Source: Haliotis rufescens (Eukaryota). From it: a stretch of DNA of 64,000 bases. The notes below the pieces were generated by a model. That model made no database searches. It had not been told where the DNA came from and saw only the letters and a program-made list of their open reading frames with translations. Made by a program: the position numbers and the translations under genes. This document shows positions 37,901 to 50,232 of the stretch, one piece after another; the first letter of the stretch is position 1; each line of letters opens with the position of its first letter. Location of the stretch: assembly GCF_023055435.1 (NCBI RefSeq), contig NW_025963813.1, positions 5,518,001 to 5,582,000 of the forward strand, given 5' to 3'.

Positions 37901-40900
37901 AGGCGCAAGAGGCGTCTAACGGGATCGGGTGGTCAGGCTCGCTGACTTGGTTAATGCATGTCATCGTATTCCAATTGCATGGATCGAAGCTCATGATGTC
38001 AGTCACTGGATTGTCTGGTCCAGACTCGATTATTTGCAGACCGCCGTCATACAGCTGAAACATTGCTGAGTGCGGAGTTTAACACCAAACAAACAATAAG
38101 TGAATGCATGTCGCTATCCAAGTGAAATAATCTTGAACGCGACAGTGAAGCCCCATCAACTTCTCCATAAACTTTGTACAAAGAGATCTTAAAGCTAAGG
38201 TGATCGTAACTCCAATACCCTAACATAGGCCTACGACTGTCGTAGCGCTAAGGTTGTTTTGTACAACGGCACCCAGGACCATGTTTCTCAATGCCATCAT
38301 CTAAGTTTGCTTTGAAGGACAGCTCAGTGTCCACTCTTTCATTGGTATTGGGTACTGTGTGTGTTGTTTCAGTGTATTTAGCGATGGTGATTGGCAATGT
38401 CTCCTATGTTGACAGGAAGAAAGCGGACTGTGGAGTGTTCGGTGGATGGCCATATTTGGCCTACCAATACATCCAGAGTGTGGTAGGTAGACCCACAGTG
38501 AGACAATGTGTATGAAATCTATAGAACAAGTGAGGAATGTTTCACAGTCATACACTATTTGCCTGTTGGTTGCCCGATGGTTGCCCGACTTCATATCACA
38601 GGCGGTTAGGATACTGCTAACTACAGGGCGCTGACTGTAGGCTGAGTTCTCTGATTAGAGACCGCCGTCATATAGTGGTGCTGAGAGTATGTTGGTATGA
38701 ATAGTAAATCAAGTCAAACACCGTTGTGTGAGGGGCACGCCAGAAACCCACGCCAGAATCACGGTTCGCCACGATGTTTCTAGGTTTGTCAGCACCATAC
38801 CCGTGTTCTTGGGTTTCACCGAAGTGGTAAACGTCTGAGACATGCATCACTCCGGACTTTCCTCCCACATTAAGCTGACACAACGTGATATAACTGGAAT
38901 ACTGTTAAAAGCGGCGTTAAACCCAACTCACTCATTCACTCACTTAAACATGTGTAAATGTCTCATCGATTACCATCAACGTCCAGGGCGGCCTGGAGAC
39001 GTGGTCCAACTACAGCTACTGTTCGGGGATCGGAGGGGGGCCGGGCTCCTGCTTCCCCTGCAAGGCCCCGGGGTACAACAAGACGTACTGCGGACCCCCA
39101 GTCCCTTGGTGTTTGAAGAATGAGAGTTGTGCCGCGAAGATCAACCCGCAGAGATTTGTGCCTGACTTGAAGGTCACTGGCTGGAAGGCTGTCAGCAAGG
39201 TAGGAGCGGGAGGCTTAAAATAAACTACTTAAAGAAGGCAAGAACACGCCATGACAGATTAACCAGTGTAAGAAAGAAATGAGTGTTCACAAACTTCTTT
39301 TGAGTAGTATATATTGTATATACTCTCGCGGTCAGTAAGGCATTCTATAAGGGAAGTGTCGCCCCCACACAGCCATCCCTATCCCCAACGCCCCACAAAT
39401 AATGAATAATTACTAAAAGGGGGCATCGCGATTATGCGGCATTTTTGACAAATTCTCTCACATTTTAAAGGCGTTTGTACACATTTTGGACAGGACAACA
39501 ACGCGGCATCATTTGCCTGACATCACGACAGTGTTCCACAAGGCTACCCAACCGCCCCAAGGCCATAAGAAGAATTTACTCCTTTTATCAATACACATGA
39601 ACGTTGAAATATAACCTCGTCTTTGGATGTCGTCTTTTGAAAAAAGAAGTACAATCCCTTGGGGTGGAACATGGTCTTTTTAAGCAGCTTTGGCGGCGTT
39701 GAGTAGGTGGATGGGTGACCAGGCAGCTCCTGACAGTTTCTAGGGCTTCGGTCTAGTGACTATGTTCGAAGTATGCCTCTGTTCACCCAGGAGTGAATGG
39801 GTACCCGGTAGGATAAATAAAGAGGTCGACATGTGTGCACGATAGTTAGGGGGTAGTTCTGAAAACTTAATGGATCACTTCAAGCGATTTTTAGGTCAGA
39901 GATGGTCGCAATGCAGATGTTTGCTTCAAGTGGTTCTCGTGCTTTTCCATTGGATCCAATAATATACAAGGCTTTAGAATTCTCAAATTTAAATGTACCA
40001 ATCATTACACCACGAACCCATGGGGGATCTGGTTTAGAGTAGTTCCCAAGCAACCCATGCGATTAAATGGATCGGTGATTTGCTTGATGGTTTGGTGGAT
40101 TGGGTGCCATCTTACCCGAAAACGTGGAACCATTCTAACTATATCAAAACTGGGTCCGTTTCATAAGGCGACCTTCTTGCTACGATTATCGCTAGTCTAA
40201 ATCATAGCATGAGAGTCATATATCTGGATTATTGCTGAGTTTGGCTTCAAGCAAGAAACAAAAACAAAATTATCATGAAAATATTTGTTTTCACGAGCGG
40301 TGCAGAGAAGCACCATGGGGCACTTCAACAAAGCGGTCTCAGTACTGTAACTCAAGTTGTCAAAAGTTTATGTTAAATTATATTAGTTACGATCGTCCTT
40401 GCGCTAAGATCGCTTTTTGGAACAGGTCCTGGACGATACAAGACAAAGACGACCGAACAACATACAAAACACCACCTTTATTTTGGGGGCTCACATTTTC
40501 CACCTGTCTGTCATCTGTGCCACAATGTCTTATTGTAACTTTAAGGGTTAATAAGACTACCTTGTTCTTCCAAGTCGACCAACGTGAAATGAAAAAAACA
40601 CACGTAGGTTTGTATTTAGGCCCGCTTTATAAAGCAAACGTAAGCCCAGTCGTTTAAGGCACCGCAATGTGCTGTGCAGAATTGCGTCCTTTTCATCATG
40701 GTTTCGAAACCTGGTTCTCCCTGATTATGTTTCCCCGACATTAAGCTGACACGTGATATAACTGGAGTACTGTTTAATGCGGTGTCAAACCCAACTCACA
40801 CACCCACTCGAAGTTCGACCGGCTCTGAAGTAGTTACGTCATCCAAGGATGTTCCACTGTTAGTTTGACGTAGCTTGGTAGTGGTCGATTTTGTTCCGCG

Positions 40901-41246
40901 ATTTTGATTGGACCATGCATAAACTTGCTAGTCCAGGCTAAATGTAACTCCATAATTCCAGCCAAGCTCGGCAAGGGTAGAAATTGGATTTTTATGGTCA
41001 ATTATCTCCCTTGCCTTGGGAAGATGATGACGATGATAATACACTGTATCGTCGAGGATGGGTAGTTATGGGTCTTATTACTACATTCAGAACGAGACCG
41101 AGATGGCGGCCTCTCTGGTGAAGTATGGACCTCTGTCTGTAGCCATGGACGCCAGCCGTCTCCAGTTTTACCACCGCGGGGTGTATAACCCCATCGACTG
41201 CAGCAAGACCGCTCTCGACCACGGTCAGTCTCTATGTGTGTGCGTG

Positions 41247-41278
<32 letters not shown>

Positions 41279-42351
41279 TTTGTGTGTGTGTGTGTGAGGG
41301 AGGAGGAGAGAGTCTGTGCGTGTGTGTGAGTTTGTGAGTGCGTGTGAATGTGTGTTTGCGTATGTTTGTGTGTGCATGAATATCTGTTATATCACTGATA
41401 TGTTAATGCGGTGGTTGTACATGTGAGGTGAGGTTACAATGGGGTTTACCGTCGCGCTCAAGATTATTTCACTCAATCTGCGACGTCCGTGCACGTGTTT
41501 GAGTGGCTGCTTGTATTAGTCGTTTATAGTGCTTTCCCACTGAAATACCATGCCGCACCTTAACACGGATACCCAAATCTAACACAGAAAGCTGACTCCG
41601 AGCCGACGAGTCCTTGTTTTAGCCCCTTAATGCCGAGCGCCAGACAGAGTTACACCAAGTACCATCTTTAAACGTCTTTTGGTATGACACGGCCAGGGTA
41701 TCGAACCACCAACCTTCCAGTCTCCGTAAAGACTATCCACTCTCCGGAGGCCGTTTTGTGCTTGAGATATACGTTGTCGACCCAATCAGGGTCTCTGTGT
41801 CAAGAGGTTGCTTCAGGAGAACCTTCCATCAGGAAATGAGCTTCGAGGCACGAATGAGCATTTAGACCAGCACATCCGATATCTCTATTTCAAAAAAGAG
41901 AAGTAAAACCGACAAGTTCCGATTGTAGAAAAATAAGGCCACTTTATAATATTGCATTTTATTCATTCTGTCGTTGCTGAACACCGTTGCCGTCGGGCGG
42001 CGAAGGTCGCTCAGAATTCTCCTGACGCGGCCTTCTGTGGAGTTGTCATCATATCTAAACGCAGAGAGTTATCGTATCGGAGAAAAAAATGTGATTTGTA
42101 TATTGCGATTACAAAATTATCATTACAGGAATGTAAGTGGTCATTGTGAACTTATTAGAGTATATTTCTTTCCAGCTATTTTAGTGGTCGGGTTCGGATC
42201 AGAGAAGGAGATTTTCAAGACACACGAATACTGGAAAGTAAAGAACTCGTGGGGGTTGAAGTGGGGAGAAGGCGGCTACTTTAAGATACAGCGTGGGGAA
42301 GGGATGTGTGGCATCAACACCCAGGTCACCACAGCACAGCTAGCCACCTAA
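34665..42351 (+). CDS. Papain-family (C1A) cathepsin L-like cysteine protease; exons 34665-34778, 35883-35990, 36705-36790, 37420-37447, 37614-37718, 38416-38482, 38987-39199, 41091-41223, 42176-42351; 5' coding exon unresolved (probably ends at 34508)
   Basis: All introns are GT-AG with consistent phases. I29-type propeptide with ERFNIN-like DxxxRxxxYxxNxxxIxxxN and NQFADLT. Mature region LPDSFDW..VKDQGSVGTCWAFS (catalytic Cys), LSVEQIVDC, GPLSVAMDA, LDHAILVVGFG (His), YWKVKNSWG (Asn). AATAAA at 42435. Confidence 0.93.
34917..34979. repeat. (CA)n microsatellite
   Basis: About 30 CA units in a cathepsin intron. Confidence 0.95.
35057..35230 (+). mobile_element. Short tRNA-derived SINE, family C
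   Basis: TGGCCAAGTGG ... GTTCGATTCCC, followed by the shared 3' end GATATTGCTGGAATATTGCTAAAAGCG. Confidence 0.75.
35599..35777 (+). mobile_element. Short tRNA-derived SINE, family C (other copies at 52222-52388 +; fragments ~33280-33380, ~42725-42860, ~43050-43190 -)
   Basis: TAGCCTAGTG A box, GGTTCGAATCCC B box and (CACT)n tail. Confidence 0.8.
36257..36510 (+). mobile_element. SINE family B, diverged copy
   Basis: Aligns by eye with 36936-37211 and 58236-58515. Confidence 0.75.
36936..37211 (+). mobile_element. SINE family B with (CACT)n tail (other copies ~38733-38945, 40645-40810, 49720-49910, 54530-54722, 60865-61131)
   Basis: tRNA-like head CAGTCGTCTAAGGCGC ... GGGTTCGAATCCC, conserved body TTTCTAGGTTTGTCAGCACCATAC, and CACT tail. 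Confidence 0.85.
37822..38097 (+). mobile_element. Composite of a family A SINE head joined to a family D repeat body
   Basis: ACCGCCTCCGTGGTCCAGTGG..GGTTCGATCC followed by GGGATCGGGTGGTCAGGCTCGCTGAC..TCTGGTCCAGACTCGATTATT..(AAAC)n. Confidence 0.7.
41235..41375. repeat. (GT)n/(GTGC)n compound microsatellite
   Basis: Seen directly. Confidence 0.9.
41423..41752 (-). mobile_element. SINE family A copy
   Basis: Reverse complement of 33930-34277, including the AGGTG tail. Confidence 0.8.
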
Positions 42352-43621
42352 CTGGCGTCTAGTGGTGTGGGAATAAGCCACTGAAATCACTGATGACTAT
42401 TTGGAGGGGAAGCAGCTCCATCTTCAATATGGTGAATAAATACAAGTAACTACTGATCGGCGTCACTGTGTTATTATTAGTCTGTCTCACAGTACCTGAG
42501 CCAATCATGTTCCTTCCCGCCCAGCCCTGACTGTAATGCTATCGCCGTAAATAAAGTCTAGATTTTCCACAGGTTCTGTCCCCATCTCAATGGGAATCAA
42601 TTTAAATATAGTACGTTGCTTGATTCTATCAAAATTATATTTTTCAGAGACTTGTGACAATGTGTATGTGTGTGTCAATGTGTGTCTTTGTGTTCCGATT
42701 TCTTTTTCTTCAACAAGTGTAAATGAATGGTGTTTTATGCCGCTTTAAACAATATCCCAGCTGGGGAAGCAAAGAATGGGCTATTACATTCATGCTGGGA
42801 CTCAAACCCGGGTTTTCGTCGTTGTTGTTGAACGTTTTTAAAACTGAGCTAACCCACCTAAAACAATGCTGATTGGAAGAATATGCGTGTGAACAACAAA
42901 GTATTTGAATGCTTTATTTTCAGTATTATAAGTCGAGAGGTAGATAGTTCGATTTCATCAATGCTCAAAGTGTACAAACAACACAGGGACAGACCGAGCA
43001 GCCACACAAACAGCCGGCAGTTTACAAAAACAAATATCGCATGACACCGGGTATTAAGTAATGTGTGAGCAATATTGCATCATTGTCACGGCGGGAAAAC
43101 CTGTAATGTGCTTCCAGTATGAACGTTTTATTCAGGTTGACAACCAAACCCGGACTTGTTGTGTGACGGTGAACGCTTCAACCACTACACAACCATGGGG
43201 GTCACCTTTCACAAGTATTACAAAGACGAGTTAGAGAATGCTACTTGGGATGAAAGATACGCACTCTGGTCCACTCGGCTTATTCCGTTACTTTCGTAAT
43301 ATCTTTGACAGCAATGTCGTTTGGATCTTCGTGGATCTTCGTGGATTCAATTCAGTCTTCGCAAGATCCGCATGTAGTTCGTATAAAATGACAGCCATTT
43401 TTGAAAATTCTTTGCTTAACCGAAACTAGGTGTTGCTTTGACTTGAAGACAAAATAAATCGGCATCAATTTGTATTGCGATGAAAAGTATCGCGGCTGCT
43501 GTTTCGCTTTGTCATGTCATAGAAACGTGCGCGAAACTAGTTTCAATGTGGATTCCTGACATTCCTGATTCATTTGGGCGGAGTCGAGCAGAGATACGTA
43601 GATTAACCGGATGCCAAGGTC

Positions 43622-46265
43622 CTATGCGCAAACACAGTGCGTGCTGGGACAAAAGCGGGGACAGAGCTGTTGGCACCAGGTGTTCATGCCGGGAACACGG
43701 GCGAAAGAGTCCGCAGCAACACACTTAGAGGAATCGCCAGACGTCGGAACGGTTCGTGTAGTTGGACGTAAGGTTGTCGTTGTCGTAGTTGTTGTTGTTG
43801 TTGTTGATGTCGTGCTGTATGTGGAAGGTTGTGGCGTCGTTGGCGTGGGTGCGTCTGTGGCGTATATGTTGACGTCTGCGCAGTTGACAAACCACTCTTG
43901 GGGTCCACATCCAACGCATCCATCTTCCGCTTCCGGGTCACGACCCCAGTCTTTGCCTAATCGAAAACAGGAATTGTAACTTCGAAGTGGCGCAACAACA
44001 CAGATAGTATATGACTATACAATACTGCTATTAATAGCAAAGTTACACGTTAGCGATTGTGTTGGGAAGGAATTTGTTTGGCGAACGGATTAGGACAAAG
44101 TAGAAAGTGCGAGAGAGGGTACGTGTGATCGTGATAATAATTGTTGTCACAACGCAGAGCGCTCATGATTGATACCTTCAAACACACACTTGGACAACAC
44201 CCATCTCTCATTCACAATTTCTCTCTTCCTGGGATGACAATCTCAATAAGATCAAATCTTTTTTTTCTGGAACGATAACCCTGCGCGTACATATCTGGCA
44301 TTTGAAGGTAGCGTCAAGTGAACCCTTAACAAACATTGACCGCTCAATCCAGATGGAGGATGCTAAGGTTCTTGAGCCAATCAGATGTCAGCTTTCTAAA
44401 ACGTTTCGGATTCATTTCTTAACCACCTGGATTCGGAAATTTCAATTTGTTTGTTCGTTCGTTCGTTCGTTTGATATTTAACGCCGCACTATAGCACTAT
44501 TTCAGCCATATGACGGCGGTCTGCAAATAATCGAGTCTGGACCAGACAATCCAGTGATTGACATGATGAGCTTCGTTCCACGCAATTGGGATACGATAAC
44601 ATGCATCAACCAAGTCAGCGAGCCTGACAACTCGATCCCGTTAGTAGCCTGTAGGGGGTTGCCGAAGACGTATTCTACCCCGGATCTCCACGGGTCGTAC
44701 AAATAAAAACCCACACAGAACACAAAGGTCTTATTTTTCTATAAACGGAATTTGGTGTTCTTTTTTGCTCAGTCTTACTGATAATTTAGAGGCCTTCGCA
44801 CTTGCCGACTGTTTAGAACGTTCACCTGACGCGACCTTCTTTGGAGGTGACCTAACATCTTCACCTTTGACTAAACCTATGGTTACGGGACAAATAATGG
44901 ACACAACACCTCTTCAAGTCGATTGCACGACAACGGGACGTAACTCGGCACCGCGTCTTGATCACGATATATGCATGTATTGTGTATTGACTTTTAAACC
45001 GTTTTAACGGTTTTCCTTTTTTTGTCTGATCTGCTTTTTCGTGGAATAAGTTCTTACTTTTCAAAAATGAAATACTATAGTGATTACTTGCGGTTTTAAA
45101 AAATATAATCTATATCATGAAATAGATTGGTCAATCATCTCATTTCCATTTCTCACTTTGCTCTTCATACCATACCATACCATACCATACCATACCATTG
45201 CCAGGATATTTGTGCAAACAACATACCCTGATACAAGCAGTGTATCAACCCACCTGTGACGTATCTCCATTGAAACAGGCACGTGTTGCACGTGACTCCC
45301 GGGGGTAGTGAAACTTGAAGAACGTAATCGCTGTTTCCTGCGCCTGGAAAGAACCTTTCCTTGCCTCCTTCTCCGCTACCGAGCATGCGCACTGGCATCA
45401 AGAACCGGTTCAGACAATCCTGTACTCCATAACCGGATGTGCTGGGATCTGGGCAGAGTCTGAACTCGAAGTACCCCTTGTGATAAGTCGTCAGACGGAC
45501 TGTCGCCGTTATGTCGCTACCGACACGGTAGGAGCGAACAATGATGCCGTTGGCGTACTTACCGCCAACCTCGTTGTCACGTATGATGCTGTCGTAGGCG
45601 TCTCCACAAATACCACAGCGACCGCCATTCATCTGGTGCTGTCTCTGGAAGTAGAATGACGGTATCAAGCCTACAACTGAATTGAAGTAGCGTTGGAGAA
45701 TAATACCATTCACGAAGGTAAGTTTAATTTTGTCATTAATTTAATCTGCTTAATATTTTACATTCAGAAACCGAAACAATAGAACCGCCACCCACATATT
45801 GGGCTCGAACTGGTATGCCATTTTAAATCCATACTACATCCTTTAAATACCTGCTACAGCTATTGCTACAGTAACTGTAGACAACTGTTAATACCACTAC
45901 TGTTGAGGCTGCTCAACTATTGCTCAAATTGTTCTTCTGATACTACTACACTACTACTGCTGCTGCTGCTGCTACTACCACTGCTACTGTTGCTACTACT
46001 ACTACTACTACTATTGCTGCTGCTAACCACCTCCGAGGTCTAGTGGTAGAGCGTCTGCCCGGAAAGTGGAAGGTCGGGGGTTAGGTTCCCGGCAGTGTCA
46101 CAACAAAAGACGTTACAAGATGGTGCATTTTGTTGCCCTGCCTGGTGCTCGAAGTTGGGGGAATAAAACAAGGACTGGTCGGACCGGAGTCAGTATACTG
46201 ATTCTGTGTGGAGTATCCATGGCAAGCACTATAAAACCGGTATTAGTCCGGACTGGTACATGCAG

Positions 46266-46317
<52 letters not shown>

Positions 46318-49300
46318 ATGCACGTCGCTATATAAGTGCAATAATCTCAAATGCGACTTTAAACCCTATTTCTCCTCACCTCAGCAACTACGACCACTAC
46401 TCCTATTATTACGCTTGCTACTACTGATACTGCTACTGCAGCAACACGTACTACAGCTGCAACTACTGCTTCAACCATACTCAACTGCAAAAGATACGCA
46501 AGTCAAGTGTTTTGTGGCTCAAACGAATCAAGGTTCAACCTTTCCCACACCGACGTAATGAGCGTTGTGCTAAGTACTGTGTCTTACAGGCCGACGGGTG
46601 GGGAGGAGGCAGCGTCGTGGTGTGGGGAGACTTCAGTTATCATCACAGGGCCACTCTACATGTGTTCCGTCAGCGTGTGACGTCAACCTCAACTCCAGGT
46701 CTTTCAGCAGGACAAGGCTCGTCCCTATACAGAATGCTTCAATGTGGACATCCTCAGAGTGAATAACATTCCTGTGATGCCCTGGCCGTCTTTGTCTTTG
46801 AGCATGTCTGGGACGATATTTGCAAGGGAGCCACATACACTTCAGGAACTGGAACCCGTTTTGGTGCAAGGAATAGAACGGGATTCCTCAAGCCTTCTTC
46901 CAAAGACATGTCAACTTAAAGAGACGGTGCTGTGCGGAACAATCGCAGCTAATGGCAGCCACACACTGTTCTGTTTGTGGGGTACCCTGTTTTCGGGGGA
47001 ATTTTTCAATAAACACGGATGGTTGTCATCAAACAATCAACGCCCATTTGTTGTCAAATAATTTCTCTGTTATCATTTCTTAATATTATCTACATATCGT
47101 TTATGGTCCAAACGTTGTCCGCATTTTATGTACAACTTGCGTTTCTTTTGCGGTTGAGTATATTACTACTTCTTGTACTAATTCTTCTGCTACATGAACA
47201 GCTACCGACAACGCCATGGTATGACTGCAATACTGTTCAAAGCGCCATGTGACCAAACTCACTCATTTACTCTACTACCAATACCACTCTGCTTATCACT
47301 ACAATCACCACCACAACCACTACAACTACTTGTTTCTTACCCAAGTCCGTCACAATGCTTTGTTTGTTTGCTGTTTAACGCCACTCTCAGCAATATTCCA
47401 GCTAAATGACGTAGGTCTGTAAATAATCGAGTCTGGACCAGACAATCCAGTGATTTTAATCATGAGCATCGATTCACGCAATTGGAAAACGATGACATGC
47501 ATCAATCAAGTCAGCGAACCAGACGACCTGATCCCGCCAGCCGTCTCTAACGACAAGCAGAGTTGACTTTTACGGCAAGTATGGGTTGCTGAAGACCTAT
47601 TCTACCCCCGGATCTTCACGGTTCGTTCCACAAAGCGATCGTAGCGATAAGGTGAACTCTCATACCTTAACATACATATACGACAGGTGCAGCGCTATGG
47701 TCACGTTGTGGAACGGGGTTCAGAAACAAATTACAAAAGCCTTTTGGGGCCATCTGCGTTAGTTTTTCTTCTTGAAATTTCAAGATCTTAAGTTGAATTT
47801 TTATGATGATATTTTGAAATTTCAAGATACTAAGTTGACATTTCAAGATACTAAGTTGAAATTTCACATACATAAGAGATCATAAAATCATAGATTGAGT
47901 TAAAATTTCAAGATAATGCGCTGCCACGGAATATATTTAAATAGTGTTCATGATTTGTTAGTTCATTACTCTGGTGTACGGAAGCCTATGAGTGCCTTTT
48001 GGTTTTCAACTAAGTATCTTGAAATTTAAAGATGGTATGATGAAATTTCAAGATACATACTAAGTTGTTTTTGTTTGTTTTTCTTGAAATTTCAAGATAA
48101 TAAGGTGAAATTCTGAAACGTATTTATCTTCAAATTGAACGTATTTATCAACTTAGTACCTTGCAATTTCAACATGGCATCTTGAAATTTCAAGAATTTT
48201 TTTTATAACAAGTGGCCCTAAAAGGCTTCCGTACTGATAACAAGTAGGAGTGGTGACAAACTGTCAGCAATATTTCAACATAGCATAATAGTTTTCCGTA
48301 ACAAATAGCCGGAGACCCACAGTAATATCGCTTCAATATTACTATTCATGCCCCACCGTTACAATCTACGTCTTCTTTAGTTGGGCGACACTGCACATTA
48401 CATTTCTATCGTTCAAAGGAAAGGTGTTCACTGAATACCCGTGTGATCTGGTGCATTCGTCAAGGAGGCAGGCGTGATGTCACGTAGCTAGAAAATCACC
48501 CTTTCGAGAAGAAGGTCAAATATTTATTAAGAATATTCACCTTGGAATTCTAAGAAGAGGATGAAGATGCGTTATTGCTTCATTCAGACGTCTTGTCCCT
48601 ATGTACGACCTTCATGTACACCGCCGATGAACTGTGTGCCTGCTTTGTCGGATGCGCTGCGTAGTACCACGACTTGTTTACACAGAGTAGGCCGAAATAA
48701 TAACCCCCGTCTTATGGATGGGGTTGTATGTATTCTAGGGGTTACACTAATCTCGTGAATGTAACTTGTTTCCGTGTATTCGCAGTTCTGGGCTTTTCAG
48801 TAACACGCACTTATGAACACGCATAATATTTATAGATATAAATAGATGTATGCTCTAGTTCGAATAAGCGCCTTGGCACTCCTTACTTGTGTTTTCAAGT
48901 CACGGGCACCGACTTGGTATCTCTGTAATGTTAAGGTTTATTATACACTGTCGGGCAAAAGAAAGTATACACAAATGTTGAATGGTGGCTAAACATGAAG
49001 CAAACAAGAAATGGTTATTCGATGGTGATGTATTTGATACCGATATCACTGATGGGTTTTGAACCTTAAATTGGCAGTGTTTCGGCGACTGTTTTCAGCT
49101 AAGTACAGTTTTCATGACGGTTGTAATTGTTTTGTCAAATCCGCTTTTCAAGGGTATGCTTTCTTTTGCCCGGCAGTTTATAAACTTTTGGCACTCAATG
49201 ATAACCAGTCTTATACAAAGATCTCAGTTTAAGAATAAAAACATTACACAAGTTAGATCTAGATCCAGACCGGCCCGGGACAGGAGCCCCTGATCGCTGA

Positions 49301-50182
49301 GCGGAGTTCCCCTTTAAAAGCGCCGTAAATCCCAAATCATTCGCTCTATATTCGTATGCTCTTGAAGTTTATGAGAATCACTGGACATTTTCTTCATTCG
49401 TGTCTATGCTACTACATCGTTGCTCATGCAATTATCACGAACGCTTAGCTTTTGAAAAATGAATTTTTGATAGAAACAAACAACTCCATTTAAACTGACA
49501 AGGAGCTCACAGATGGGAGATTCAGAACCTAGCGCTCTCCAGACAGATGCTCCATGAGGCCACAGAGGCGGTTTCATGATATGGAACCTGTATATATTTT
49601 ACTCCTATCAAGTCGTTTAACTTTGTTTAACTATTTCTTATGTTTTATGTTGTATAGCGATCTAAACATTAATGATAATCTGATAGCACACTGTCTCACT
49701 TTCACACATGGCAATAATCAGGGCCCTGTCACCGTCGCTGTACGGAATTGCGTCCCTTAGTCGAGTAAAAAAAATTTTTTTCATGGGTTCGAATCCCAGA
49801 TTATCCCTGATTACGTTTTAAGGTTTGTCAGTACCACATCGTTCGCATTGTTTTCTCCAAAGCAGTAAATTGTTTAAAGCGGCGTTAAACCTAATTCACA
49901 CTCTCACTCCTGATCGAGACTGGACGGTAGTACACCTATAAATTCAAGAAAAACTACACCCACAACAAATACGGGTCGATTGCAAGAACTCACCTGTTTC
50001 CCGCCACAGTTGAGTTCCATATCGTTGTAGTTCACAGGAGTACCGAAACCCACACGCCACATGCTGGAACGCTGAGGGGGCTCAAGGAGGTACCCGTGGG
50101 ACGCAACTACCCCTACCAGACCCAACAACACGAGAACCCTGGGCAGAACCGCGCTCCGAGCTCCACTCATCGTCGTCATCAT
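43622..50182 (-). CDS. Secreted AA15-type lytic polysaccharide monooxygenase (chitin-binding type-4 domain) with Thr-rich linker and C-terminal six-Cys module; exons 50182-49994, 45644-45254, 43956-43622; 304 aa
   Basis: Signal peptide ends VAS, followed by HGYLLEPPQRSS (His1 of the histidine brace); NCGG, CGICGD, TYHKGYFEFRLC (second His), CLFQWRY, CGPQEWFVNCAD; tail CVAA..GMNTWCQQLCPRFCPSTHCVCA*. GT-AG introns of phase 0 and 1; 189+391+335=915 nt. Confidence 0.94.
44447..44697 (-). mobile_element. SINE-like family D repeat (other copies ~47360-47625 -, 54122-54377 -, 61305-61535 +, 61945-62045 +, 62205-62380 -, 40015-40230 +)
   Basis: Recurrent ~250-bp element GACCCGTG..GGGGTAGAATA..GACTCGATTATTTACAGACCGCCGTCATA..GCGGCGTTAAAC-(AAAC)n. 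Confidence 0.8.
45166..45198. repeat. (CATAC)n microsatellite
   Basis: Six pentamer units in LPMO intron 2. Confidence 0.9.
46026..46385 (+). mobile_element. SINE family A with expanded internal (CA)n, inserted in a (CTA/CTG)n tract
   Basis: Matches 33930-34277; flanked on both sides by CTA/CTG low-complexity sequence. Confidence 0.85.
46478..47160 (+). mobile_element. Internally deleted Tc1-family DNA transposon with transposase relic
   Basis: TIRs TACTCAAYCGCAAAAGAWACGCAAGT-like at both ends. Broken frames retain Tc1 motifs GGGSVVVWG, FQQDKARP and PWPS..EHVW. Confidence 0.88.
47732..48233. mobile_element. Non-autonomous DNA element with TIRs and reiterated palindrome TCTTGAAATTTCAAGA
   Basis: TACAAAAGCCTTTTGGGGCCA at left, TGGCCCTAAAAGGCTTCCGTA at right, and a third TIR-like copy at ~47977. 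Confidence 0.65.
48946..49178. mobile_element. Tc1/mariner-type MITE
   Basis: TIRs CACTGTCGGGCAAAAGAAAGTATAC / GTATGCTTTCTTTTGCCCGGCAGTT, flanked by TA. Confidence 0.8.
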
Positions 50183-50225
50183 TGAACAAGTCTTCTCTCA
50201 GTGTTCAAGTCTACTACGGCCTATA

Positions 50226-50232
50226 TTTTATA
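50226..50232 (-). promoter_or_regulatory. TATA box of the LPMO gene
   Basis: Minus-strand TATAAAA ~45-50 nt upstream of the ATG. Confidence 0.6.

Noticed and set aside
43611-43979. Plus-strand poly-Val ORF
   Set aside because: Antisense shadow of the LPMO Thr-rich linker exon.
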